This document shows, piece by piece, positions 1 to 12,668 of a stretch of DNA of 64,000 nucleotides; position 1 is the first letter of the stretch, and every line of letters starts with the position of its first letter. A program made the position numbers and the translations under genes. The notes beneath the pieces were generated by a model, which saw only the letters and a program-made list of their open reading frames with translations, was not told the DNA's origin and did not search any database. The stretch comes from Laetmonice hystrix (Eukaryota). Location of the stretch: assembly GCA_965235115.1 (NCBI GenBank), contig OZ249436.1:29824001-29888000 (forward strand), in the 5' to 3' direction.

Positions 1-697
1 GCCCACCTCGCGTCACGAGGCGACATGTCGCTTTAATCTCAGCAGACGACTGAGAAGCACTTTGAAATTGAAAATGAGAAGAAATTGAACACTACTTGTC
101 CTGACTCCTATAGCGTAAAGTAGACTACTTGTACAGTGGTGTGTAAGCTTGGTAGAACACATTTCTCACGATTTGCGTCGAATATAATGTAAGAAACCCA
201 GAAGGTTCTAACTGCACATAACAAATAATATATTTTTAATTATCTAAAATATTTGAAAACGTAATGGTTCGAAGTATTTATTAAATATATGAGAAAATAT
301 ACACGGACTCGTCTTATGATACAGCTCACTAGAGGCGCTGCTAAACCACGTGCAAGAAATTGCCTATTTTTATTCCAACTCAAAGCAGAAAGCCGTCGAG
401 GTTGATCATTGGCACCACCATGAAAAGGTGGTGGTCACACCGGTCACGGTTCTTGACTTTCTATGGCCGGTTGGGGCCAGTCGGACGAGTCCAAGATCCA
501 AATATATTCAACTGGACCAACGAACTTAGCGTCATTTAGGGGTGTTCGCCGTTCATTCTCAAACTGCCAACGTGATGACTAAGTGAGATAGTCCACGGCC
601 ACCCCTCATGGATGCATGCAGGTTATACGCCGAGGGCTTCGCCCTCGGCGTATAACCTGCATGCATCCATTCGTGGGCCGTGGACTATCCCTCACAT
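1..697. repeat. Dispersed non-autonomous repeat ending in a long palindrome (possibly Crypton-like); related copies at ~2295-2530 and ~48990-49390
   Basis: Blocks ctttaatctcagcagacgactgagaagc and ccattcgtgggccgtggac(t/c)atccctcacat recur in the other copies. Perfect 30-bp stem atggatgcatgcaggttatacgccgagggc-ttc-gccctcggcgtataacctgcatgcatccat at 608-670. Superfamily is a guess. Confidence 0.5.
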
Positions 698-699
698 AC

Positions 700-875
700 A
701 CCCCACGGTACCGGTTATATCCATGTAACCGAGCCCACGACCATTTCCGTATAACCCGGTCTGGGACCCGGCGGGGATTGAACGCGGAACGCTGGAATGG
801 CAATCCTACGCCCTATACCACTACGCCATGGCGTCACACTCAATCCATGCGCTCTAACCACTACACTAGCCGGGA
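700..875 (-). mobile_element. tRNA-derived SINE-like head (degenerate)
   Basis: Minus strand has A-box-like tggcgtagtggt and B-box-like gttcaatccc, plus a second A-box-like tagtgtagtggttagagc. No clean cloverleaf. Confidence 0.4.
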
Positions 876-920
876 CACTTACACTGTTTAGAGTTGAACT
901 GGACCAGATGGCCTCGTGGT

Positions 921-1860
921 GCTATGAATAAAACCCCTCGCTGACGCTCGGGGTTTTATTCATAGCACCCCTCGTAATTTTTTTTCTTTCTCTGTAGGCA
1001 TCAACTTCTTGTCGAGAATATTCCTATGGCAAATAATGGATATGGACATCATTTCTTACTTTGTCAATGAAAACATTTATTTTCACAATGAAATTTATTT
1101 CGCCAAATATAATCACTTTCTTTTTTCCTTTTTTATTTACTGCTGTGTCAATTCAAGGTGAAATAATAATTGTGAAATGATGAGCCGGTTATAAACGCGT
1201 CGAGGCTGGATGTTGATGTCGGGTAACCTGAGTCCTTTCCGTTGTGTCGACAGGCTTTGCGCTAGCTTCTAATATTCGGCCCAATTCCCGCTGCTGATCT
1301 ACTGATGTCCTTTTATATGAACGAACTCATACTTAGAAAAGGCACAATAAAATTCACCACCCAAAAAATTGTTTCTATTATGAGCATAATTTGAGTGTCA
1401 TAGGGGATTGGAACTCGCGATGTTGGGTTCACGAGGCGACGACTCTAACCATTACACCACAGAAGCCCCTTTAGTATGTTTCCAGGCTAATCTGTCCTGT
1501 GTGCTGCAAAAATGCCAAGGTCATGGTCAATATGTGGTCGGTCAAAGAAGGGGTCAGCGAACCGCGACGACAGGCGTGCATGGTGTTTACATGTTATTTC
1601 CGTCTCACAACAGTGCAGAAAGGTGTTTATATAACCGCCCATGGGTTGGTTATACCATTGAATTCAGTGAGGACTCGGCATTTGATCCATATAACCGGAC
1701 ATGCAGTGCAGAAAGGATTATATGAGACCTGTACAAAAATACCTCATTTTATCGGAAAAACAATTTTAATGTTAAAATCCTTTTTCCTCTGTGGTGTATA
1801 CATGTTATTCAACTATTCAACGAGGGGGGTTATTGATAGCACCCCTCGGTTGATTATTTT
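921..1860. mobile_element. Non-autonomous element with hairpin ends and an internal tRNA-like segment (~1395-1470, minus strand)
   Basis: Stem gtgctatgaataaaacccc/ggggttttattcatagcac at ~928-968. Related cgagggggttattgatagcacccctcg at ~1821-1848. Internal gtggtgtaatggttagag...gagttccaatccc on the minus strand. Confidence 0.4.
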
Positions 1861-3502
1861 TTCTCGAAAGAAACCAAGGAGTTCTTGACACAAAATTAAC
1901 TTATTAGGTAAATAAATTGTTGAAAGAAAACAAAGAATCTAGACGGGTGGTCCCCTGCCTACCAGATATACGTAGCAGTCAATATAGACCTGGGGACCCG
2001 GCTAGGGTGTTCAGGGAACACGAGGCTCGTCGACTGGGTGTGCTAGATTGATCAGTGACCAAGTTTTATTGGTTGAAACTGAAACCAAACATTGGTTAGC
2101 TGCCAATGCACTGTATTGGTCAAAACGTATCAAGGTCCTTGGTTCAAACAACCAATATACAGCTAATCAACCATTTTGGTTATTTCGTTAACCAATCTGT
2201 TTTTAGAGTGTGCCCATCTGTTTCTCGGAATTGGGGGCCTGTAGAACCAAGGCATATGTACACAAGAAAGAGCAAGGTACAAAAATGGCGATAACACCTG
2301 GATTGACACCCTCTTGTCTTGGCCCACGTCGTGCCACGTGGCGACTTAATCTCTTTAATCGCTTTAATCTCAGCAGACGACTGAGAAGCGTCGATTGACC
2401 ACCCCTTGTCACGACGCGTATGATAAGTAGGCCTACTTGACTGTACTGGTGTGTAAGCTCACCAATTTCACCCTCAGCGTCTAAGCTGCTGCATGGAGCC
2501 ATTCGTGGGCCGTGGACCATCCCTCACATGATAATAACATGATAATAAGCGTTGAAAACTTTATAAATTATTCAATTACGTAACATGATGTAATCTTGAC
2601 ATAGCTTCCTAAATTTGTCAAGGCGAAGGTATTCACTAAGTTTCTCTCACACATTCTAAAAAAATAGCAAATATACACCCTCCGTATTGGGAAATGACAA
2701 ACTGCTCAACTTTGAAGTCATGTGACTCCGTCAAAATACTTCAAATCGCTCAATCCCTGCTACAACTTCTTCGGATATCTAGGAGTAACCATTCTGTACA
2801 ATTTGAAGAAAGCTTCATCAGAATTTCAGATGTATGTGACAAATGACCTGTGACCTAGTCCTTAAGAAGGTCAAAGGCCATCAGCGAAATTTTGTTAAAA
2901 CATTATTAAGGAACCATCTCTTTTCTAGTATCTGAGAGACAGTACTGTTGCCCTGTTGGTACTTGTTTGGTCACTGGAAAATATTTTCATAAGTTTGGGT
3001 CAACATCCCACCTAGGCTGTGATGTAATAAATAGTTCTTTACAGCTATGGTCATTCATTTACAGCAACACTCTACAACTTTTGTGTGTGCAGGGATGGCT
3101 CAGCAGTAAAGTGTAGGAATTCCAGGCCATGGGTATGACATAGTTCTTTACTACTATGGTCCTTTATTTACACCAAGACTCTGCAAATAATGTGTGAACG
3201 GATGGCTTAGTGGTAGAGTGTAGGAATTTTATGCAAAGGGTCGAATACCACCCATGATATTTTTTTTCTACCACTGGGAATCTACGTGAATATCTTTCTC
3301 AGCGCTGGATATCTGAAAAAACTTGGTGCGTATCATGACAATGACCTGACATGAGTTCTTTACTCTATGGTCATGGTTGACTTACTTTCATTTCATACAG
3401 GGCCTTTCTAGAGACATCCATAGAGGAACGGGATACCCGATTGCCTGCAATCTGCATGTCTAGTTGCAGCTGCCAGTCCTGCGCAAATGCGATGCGACCG
3501 GC

Positions 3503-3600
3503 TTTATAAGGGCGGGCACTTCCATCATCTTTTACACGACAGCAGGTTCAACATTAGCTCGGACAGATCAAGCGGATCGTCTCACTTTGAACAAGTAAGT
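3503..3600 (+). promoter_or_regulatory. Putative promoter and non-coding first exon of methyltransferase copy A
   Basis: tttataag (TATA-like) plus gggcggg (GC box), followed by a consensus donor AA|GTAAGT at 3595. In copy B this donor lies ~670 bp upstream of the acceptor before the ATG. Confidence 0.5.
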
Positions 3601-6600
3601 GCAAGGTTAGCGTGCCGATCTATTCGTCAGAAAATGTCTGTTTCACAACACACATCTCCCAACACAAGGATTCTATGTAGATACTTTTATTGATCTACTG
3701 GCACGGCCGTGTCCGTGCCGAGAAACTGATCAACATCACAGATTCCCCCCCCCCCTGAAGCTTCAGGTGAGAGAACCCCACAGGTGATGCTGATGTTAAA
3801 TATTCACATTATAATGTAGAATTACAAGCACCAGGTTACCTATCCACAATCTTCCGACTTGATGACGAATCCCCCCTGAGGCTTCAGGTGAGGAAAGTCA
3901 AATTTCGCGCACTCCAATTGAACGTCAAATTACACCATCACTTTTCCCCAGGCCCCACATTTGGGCCCGAAACGCCAACCGGATGACAAACGTCATCCCG
4001 GGCCCACCCAACCAAACCGGCGAGGCACATAAACCCTCCGAATTGTTACTCCACAGGGGCGTGGTGGCAGGAAAACAAGATACCCAACCGGGTCATGCAC
4101 ACGCTGGCAATAAATATATTTTCCCTCACATCGTACCCCTTCCTTCTTCCAAGAGGATTATCCTATACAGACATCCCACATTCCACGCACCATGCTTACA
4201 GTATCACCTCATAGCCAACACACCGAGCCGACAATATATACCGGGACACCAATCATCGGCCCCGCAAGATAATCATCCACACCAGGACTTAACCAATATA
4301 CCATCCCAAGTTATCGGACATCTCTAGCTATCGTACCTAAATTAAATAAGCCTGAGCCTTCAGGCACCGATCGACCTCCCGCACCAAAAACCAGGGATAA
4401 ATCCTACTGTAGGTAAAACCCTGGAAAAGCGTAAAGGCGACCCCGATCATCCGTTTGAACTATCCAACCATTTCCACCACTTGGAACAGGACCTTCCCCG
4501 TTATCTATTATTCATCCGATCTTTCCAACACCCAGTTTGAAATACCCAACAATTTCCACATGCCCACGCTCAGACAGGCTGTCCATTCCCTTGAACGTCG
4601 TGAATTCTGTCTTCTCGGACTCCAAATTCATCTTCTTGAACGGTAACGACTTGTCCCCACCGACGCCACATCTCCTTATTCCATCAGGCAACCCCGCTGA
4701 GGCACCCGTCATCTTACGACGACAGTCCACCACAAAACCCAATTCAACGCAATCACCTCCGTTCGTCCCATGGCCGACACAGCATGAAAAAGAAACACTA
4801 GCGTAATACCGTAACCCGTAGTACCACCCAGAAGTATTCATTCACAGTTCACCGTGGCCTTTACTCAACATCCTCATAACCGACATGAACACCTGCAGCC
4901 CAGCCTCCTGTGAACACACCGTCAACTTTATACCACAAGATCGTCAACTAACAACCCCAACACCGGGGCAGAATAACTGTCTCCGCATCACTCCAACTGG
5001 CCCAAAAGAGAGGCGCCATGAACCCAGCCGTCAACCTCAGAACATCGAAGGCCAAGAGGCATAAAGAACCCAAGAACACCCTGCTTCCGCACCAGGGAGC
5101 CAAAATAGCGATAAATTCAACATGTGAAAACCCAACTAATGTTTCCACTAACAATAATACCGACAATACTGCAGCTACCACAACCAAAACTACTGCAACT
5201 ACCTACTGAACCTTCTGTTATAACAATAAAACAGGAATAAGACCAAAGTTGACAAAATAAAGCTCCTGGGTACTAACATTCAACAACAATAATAACAAAT
5301 ATAACAATACTAACCATAATAGGGATAATAGCAACAACAAATAGCAGTAATATACGAATAAAAACACAAATAAACATAATAGCACCAATAATACTAAAAA
5401 TAATACCAATATAACTTTACAATAATCCTAATATAACTGGAACAATACTAATAATACTAATACTACTAATATACTACTACTACTACTATTCATAATACTA
5501 CTACTAATAATAATCATAATAAAGAATGTTACCAGGCCTGTAAAAATCGCGTGTCCGCGTGTCCCGGACGCCTATGTCAGCCGTGCGGACAACCAAAAAT
5601 AAATATCTAGGCCTAGGCGTACCCGCGGACAACCACCTTTTATATCCCGAAAACGACGCTTATTTTATCGTTTAATGGCCATCTTGTCGGCATGTTGTTC
5701 GACGGGTCCCCTAGCCGTTGAAATGGCTATATGGCTCTTTATAATGAAGCATGGTACAAGCAGGGGACACGTCCAGTCAACTCAAAATATGCACCGGCGC
5801 GTTGTAAACGGAACGGCACCCTGTATACGTATTGGATTGGCGCCATTCCAGCAAAAGGTTGACAGTGAATTACTATTTTCCGATTTTGTTAAAAAGCAGA
5901 CGATCATAGGTAATTCATTGTCGCTCATTTGGCGAAGTCGCGGCAATGAACCACACCAATGAGTAGGCCTACACTGGAGCAAGACTGTCTCAATTAGCTG
6001 ATGCAGATTAAGATTAATGGACCCTCCCTTGCATAGTTCAATTCAGATGAGGCCATTCTGTCCTGGCTTGATGACTGCAAGGGTTCCAGACACATAAAAG
6101 GACATTCAAAAAATATAATTAGTGAAAATGCACCCAGTCATGTTTTGTATTAGGCCTATACATGTATAAAACTTTATGTTCCGGTGACCCATAGATCTAC
6201 ATATGTATAGATTTACCTCATTCAGCTGATGTAATGAGATTATTGTATATATTGTAGTGAAATTGGGCCGTGTCACTACAGCACGGTTCGGGATAGCCGT
6301 GGGCTTTCCACTGGCACGGTAGAAATACACTTACCGTAGCGGCCTGCTTGTCGACTATGTCGGGCCTGCCACTGGAGTGGGTATATTTCGTCTCACAGGG
6401 ATGGTCCGTGGTTGTTGCCGGGGTCAATATGAGGGTCAGTCCGTGGGTCAATGTGTTTGGCCCGTAACCAATGTCGTAGTCCGTGGTCAGTGTTTCCCTA
6501 GTCACTAAACGGAGTCCGATAGGACTAGGGGCGGTCGTCAGGTATAAAGCCTACCAAATACCGGTCGTCACATCCAGAAAACAATAGGAGTGGATACATA

Positions 6601-7019
6601 GTTACTAGTTGTTATCTCAGGGCAGATACCATCTAAGCATAGCTATTGGCCTATCGTATAGGTTTGGCAACGTTTAGCCCGAGACTTTACTGTTTCGAGG
6701 ACTATTCGAGTCAGTATAGAGTCTACTCCTAAAGTTGGGTGCAAAAGTGAATCATCTTTTGTGGCTGAATGTTGTCAGAGATCAACAGTAATACTGGCCT
6801 TAAAGTTACACATACTCATTCTGATATAGACAGTTATGTGGTTGTTAATTAAGGCTGCTTGCCGGTTAAAGACATTTTGTCATTTGTCATATTGGATGAC
6901 ATGAAAACCAGGCAGAAGCACTGAGTTAGTTTGACCTGCATTCTCACCATTCACAGATGCTCTGAATGTAACCAATGGTTGCTCACCTTCAACCAATGCC
7001 TTGTCTAGTAGTAACACCT

Positions 7020-9100
7020 TGTTGTGGACCCACCCTGGCGAGGCGGCGGTCGTAGGTAGGAGACGGGAGGTCACCAAGTATGTAGTGGCCCAAGTCCCAT
7101 CGTGGTCACCAAATATGTTGTGGACCCACCCTGGAGAGGCAGCGGTCGTCGGTAGGAGGGGGACGGGGGGCTTACCGTACCATGTACCCCAGTGAAGACA
7201 ACTCAACGACGGCTGGCGGTGATGATAATTGTATTGGCAGACATGATACATGATATAGAGTATCGCGGGATACTCTACTAGCCTAGAGGCCGAACCTCAT
7301 GCTACTGACCAACCGAGAACAACTCTCTCACTGACCAACTCCCCGAGTAGGAGTGGAGTCGGTGAGCGCCAAAACAACTATCATAATCGATCCACGTCGG
7401 AGATCCAACACACATAGCCTGTCCGTTCAGGCGCGCAAAATACACAAATATATAAATCGAAGCAGACTACGGCCTATACAAAACACACAGTTATAAATCA
7501 AAGCAGGTTATGGCCTATATTATAACTCGGTTACACAACCAGAAAAAGCCCTACCGTTTATAGCGTCCGTTATGTGGCGAATATAAAATACACAAATCGC
7601 CACCACAAATTATGGCTATAGCTATACAAAGGCTCGCCCAGAAATGGCCTACGGTAAATACACATTATATACAGTGTCCGTTCCCAAACTGGCATCCCGC
7701 AGGTCCAGTGTTGTCGGCGCGTCCACCGCCCTCTGCGGCACCATTTTCCCCCAGTGAACCGTCGTTCTCGGCGACACCATCGTCCTCGAGGGCACCATCG
7801 CCCTCAGCGGCACCATCGCCCTCGTCGACCAGCCGGTGACGCTGCCTGACCTGCCCTGGGCCAGTGCGGGGTTACGCACCCCCGCCCCAGGTCCAATGCA
7901 GCCAGTCACGCCCCCCAGCTGATCCAGTCCACTGCCCGCATCATTGACGCCCGCCTCGCCTGGCCATCCTCGCCGCGGCCACCCACCTGCGCATCAGAGG
8001 GGCCTTCGCTGGGCCATCCAGAGAGCACCCACATACCTCTGTAACGCTGTTGTCGCCCACGCCCGGCGCCATCGCCCTCCCCGAGATCATCGTCCTTGGC
8101 GCCATCGTCCTCGGTGCCATCGTCCTCGGTGATTACTGGAACGCTAGACCCGACAGGGTCCACACCCGGCCTGCTAGCGTTCGAACACGACCCGCTAACT
8201 TCACCAGCGTCGCTTCTAGCTGGTCCGTCTTCGCAATATAGATGGTGGCCATCAGGACTATATCCTCCTACCTTTCGCTATGCTCCGCTGCAGCTCCTTG
8301 CACTCAACCAGGGTGCCTTCCAATTCCATGGCCGTGGGTCCGTGTACTGGACGGTCATGAGATCAGGCATCGCGTGGAGTGTGTATGTCCACACTGCAGC
8401 GCCACGCGGTGCCGTCACAAAGACCGTCCCATCGTGGTCACCAAATAAATGTTGTGGACCCACCCTGGAGAGGCGGCGGACCCGAGACTGAGCCACGGCT
8501 CAGCTCGGGCACATACTCTGAACAACTCGCCCCCTCTCTCCCTTAACTGGATATTCGGTGCCCCTATACATATATACGAAACGCCGTCCGTGTCGGCATC
8601 CCGGCCGGAACTCCACCCCCTCCGCTCTGCCAGCAGTAGACCCCGGTGGCCGCGGTCACCGACACGGACCCCCGCGATGACATCGTGTCACCGGTCGGTC
8701 AGTGTCCGGATCTCGCGGCCCCCAGTGACACCGCTCGCCCAGCCGGGGGTCCGCCATGGAGGCCAACACGGACGGAAGACGCTGGGTACGTGCCGGTGTC
8801 ACCTCACCACGACATCGGTATCGATACAACCTTTACGCAACTTGGGAGGTGACGGCCCGAGCGTTCCCGGTTCCAGCCCGCACCAGCATCCGACTTAAGG
8901 GAACCCAATACTCCAGCAACTACATGATTAAATATATAAACGACATCCGAGCCGCCCATCCTTAAGGGAACGAGCACAAGGATTCGACTATACAAACATA
9001 CAGAGATAGTAAAGTATACAGTAATAATATAGGCATACATATATATACGGGGAGGCCAACTATACTAAATGTCCAGCGGCTGCGAAGCCTAGCCGCAACA
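7020..9100 (-). mobile_element. Non-coding LTR-like element nested in the Gypsy, with internal LTR-end plus PBS duplicates
   Basis: Termini TGTTGTGG...CCGCAACA with TSD ACCT (7016-7019, 9101-9104). Motif tgttgtggacccaccctgg at 7020, 7116 and 8450. The latter two adjoin PBS-like tggtgaccacgatgggac on the minus strand (7094-7111, 8426-8443). Confidence 0.75.
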
Positions 9101-10871
9101 ACCTGTTACAGTGTTACCGGTACCCAGCACTTTCAATGGTGGGTAATGTTGGCCTGATCTCCGGGTCGAGTGGTGGCCTTTGCACTCGACCCTGCTCAGT
9201 TTTCCGACGTCAACTGTGGAATCGATCGGTGACCGATTTGTCCACAGCTGTGGCAAACTGAGCTGACTGACCTTTGTGGGCTCGGGGGAGTGGCAAAGCA
9301 GGCTTGCCGGATGTTGGGGGCATCCCCACAACTCTGGGCATTTACCTGTTCTTTTAATGCCGCTATTTCCATCCCTTGCTCCTTGACAGTCTTTGTCAGG
9401 TCTTTTACTAGGACACAGACCTCCTGAGATGTCGCCAGTTATCTCAGAATGCATGGCCATAACTGACTTGCAAGTCTCCTTGAGAATTTCTGACGATTCT
9501 TCGTCACATGAGGTCTGCGCTTCCTCATCCTGCCAATTGACGCGCCTCAACTCTGATCGAGAGCGGTCTTTCCGACCAAGGGTCACCTGGAAATTATACT
9601 CGAATTCATCGACTTTCCGTCTCGCCTCTGTGAGGGTCGTTGGCTTATGGTTTAGAACCAGGCAGGCCACGTTGCTATTGCGGTACCCTTTCAAGAAGTG
9701 TTCTACTGTTAGTTCTTCGCGGGTAGCAGTGCCTATTCCGGGATAGGCCTGCGCAACAAGCCACTGTACGTCTTCTGCGTACTCTTTAGTGGACCGGGAT
9801 TCTTGTCGAAAACTCGCGAGCTTCATCCGCACAGTCCCAGCTGGTTCAGTCTCACCATATCTCAGATCGAGCTCTCCTCGCAACAGGGCGTAGCTCTCGC
9901 GGTGATCTCCAGGCAATGAGAACACGAAGCGGGCGGCTTTTCCTCGAAGACATTCGTAAAGGTGGTCCAGCCGGTCATCCTCATTCCACCCATAACGATT
10001 CGCCATTCGTTCAAAGGGGTAAATGAATGCTTCCCAGCTTTCCTCCTCATTACCCTCGAATGTAGCCATATTTGGCCTCGACAACGGATACCCCATTTGT
10101 GTAGCTCTGCTACCTATGGTGTTTTGAGCCATGCTACCTGCTGGTGGCATCCCGTTCACGGAGGTTGGCATTGCTCATCCTCTCCCGGGGCGGCCCTTGC
10201 TGGGCCTGCCGCTCAATCACCCCAAGAGTTGCCGCATACTCTTCCTCGAAGAGTCGCTGCTTCTCTGCTTCCCGTTCACGGAGACTAGGGGTGGAAGTGG
10301 ATACATGTGGTATCGCTGAGAGGGGTACAGGCTGAGTGTATCGCTCCTGAGGGTTTGCTAGGGAAGGATTTGCTGGCGGAGCGACAAGCGAAGCCTGTCG
10401 CTCCTGAGGGAGCGGGGCAATAGTAGGAGGGTGCTGCGTCCCTGTGGGATGCTTAGGCACCGCTCCAGATGGAGACAGGTTTGGCATAGTTGTGGGAGGT
10501 TTAAGGACTGGTTGTCGTGGAGAAAGTGGCGGCGGAGTCAAAGCCTCAGCACCTTTCACTTCCTTCTCCTGTCTTGGGGCTTCCAGCCTCTCCATCATGA
10601 TGTACAACAATTCAGTCATTTGTTTCTGACTGGCTTCCAGTCTTGCACGACCCTCCTGATCTAACCGGGCGCGCTCGTCCCGTTGAGCAAGCTCTGCCTC
10701 CCTATACTTTTGCCTCTCAAGTTCTATTTGGTCTCGCTCCTCCCTCCTCTTTTCTGAATCACGGAGGAAAGATATAAGTTCCCCAAAACTCTCTCTGAAT
10801 GAAAACTCCTCCTCCCTTTCCTCTTCCGTAGCTTTCTTTTGGGATTTAGGAGGCATTATAGGATTTATCAA
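9101..10871 (-). pseudogene. gag: Gypsy gag (coiled-coil and Pro-rich N-terminus plus capsid domain), frameshifted near 10134-10171
   Basis: Overlapping ORFs 10134-10871 and 9089-10171. Capsid-like FEGNEEESWEAFIYPFERMANRYGW...LRGKAARFV...LDLRYG and downstream EYAEDVQWLVAQAYP...VEHFLKG. Confidence 0.85.
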
Positions 10872-12668
10872 ATTCAGAGATTAAGCCAAATACTTGTTGC
10901 CCATTCAAGATCGGAGTTACCGAATCACTAAGTTCGTGTACTGGAACTTAGGAATAAATGAACAAGTATTAAATTCGAATAACAAAGCTTGTACTATATT
11001 CGACTTATTTCGAAAGTACGAGTCTATATAATTTGAACTTGTCAAATATTTTAATTAATCTATATCAAATAAGTTAACCTAAGTACAATTTAATATTTAG
11101 TTCATGTACTTGAATTGATCAGATTAAGCACTGCTAACTTTCTAAGTTACTTGCAAGAAAATCACTGAAGTTCAGTAAAATTCAAATATTGGAGTGCTTA
11201 TAATAAGCTGAGACAACAATAGGGTTAGGTTTATTGACTGTAAATTCAAAGTCAACACCGAGTATCTCTGTGTAACAATTGAATAGATAAGCAATGCTAG
11301 GTAATACAGTCAAACCCTTATATTGTCAAACACTTTTATCACTTACTCACCCTGAATGTCTCTACAACAAGTGTTATAGTCGTAAGTAGAGGCAAACACC
11401 TTAGGCTTTCAAGTGAATTGCTCGTAAATGTCCGTAAAATACAGGTACCGTTTGGTAGAAATTGTTTTCCAACCTTAGTCTTGTTCAATACGACGTGGAG
11501 CGGTAGTGTGGTTCGTTTTCTTACATCAGATGGCGCTTGTAGTACTACGGGTGTCCCGAGCTGGCGCCACCTGGTGATTAGTGGTCGTACTTTACTCCAG
11601 TAGCGGCCGACGTCATGCAAAGTAAACACAAGGTGGTTACTCAAGTTTGACAGCCTGTATTATGGCACAAGTAACGAATTCAAGTATACAGAATCGAAAC
11701 TAAATAGAAAACGTTACTGTCTACTTCAGAGAATGCACAGTTTATGCTCCTATACCACTATTTTATAGCAGGGAACGAATGCACCGGTGGTCTGGCAGAG
11801 CGGGGCTATATGTGGCACCACTCACCAGTCACATATCAGTCGCTATGCGTGCAAATTGTCACCTCTATGTCACTTTTAGTGAGTAGCCCTAGTTACTGCG
11901 AAGTTATGCTTACTTACGCTGTAATTATGTGAAGCTAGTATAGATGCACAAATACGTAGTACAAGCAAAAATACAGTTGACCAATATTAGGCTAATCAAT
12001 AAGCTCGGTCAACACTCAAGTTGGCCCACCGTCGCGCTCTACCGCGCACACGAGAGGTACTGAGTGGCGTGTGAATGGGTGCACGTGTACTGGTGCAAAT
12101 CACAACTTTGACCAAATTGGACAAATCTACAAGTTAAACTCTACACAACCTCCCCCCGCTTCAAACAATTGACTATGCTGAAAACGGAGATGTGAAAGAG
12201 TAAACGCAAATACATCTAGAGTGCAGCCAAACGTCTGCGTGCTGCTCTGCGCGGGAAATCTAAGCGCTGGCAATGACGCACGTTCTTCACTCACTACTGT
12301 AGTAGGAGTGTGCCGTCGACTCTGTAGTGAGTGTCGTGGTTTCAACTACGTGTATTGAAACTGTGGTTTCAACTACCGTGTCAGTTAGTTTACTTCTGAC
12401 ACCAATTGTAGTGAAACTGTGGTTTCACTAATAACTGTCGTGCCAGTTACTTTACTTCTGACACCAATTGTAGTGAAATTGGGCCGTGTCACTACAGCAC
12501 GGTTCGGGATAGCCGTGGGCTTTCCACTGGCACGATAGAAATACACTTACCGTAGCGGCCTGCTTGTCGACTATGTCGGGCCTGCCACTGGAGTGGGTAT
12601 ATTTCGCATCACAGGGATGGTCCGTGGTTGTTGCCGGGGTCAATATGAGGGTCAGTCCGTGGGTCATT

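Noticed and set aside
606..891. Mirror ORFs sharing MQVIRRG on both strands
   Set aside because: Artefact of the perfect palindrome.
1395..1470. tRNA gene (also ~760-870 and ~3095-3255)
   Set aside because: A/B-box-like motifs are present, but the stems do not form a cloverleaf and the sequences sit within repeats.
3983..4327. Possible Helentron endonuclease remnant (IILYRHP, PIIG, GLNQY)
   Set aside because: Motifs are short, spread over frames and lack the catalytic GDFN and SDH residues.
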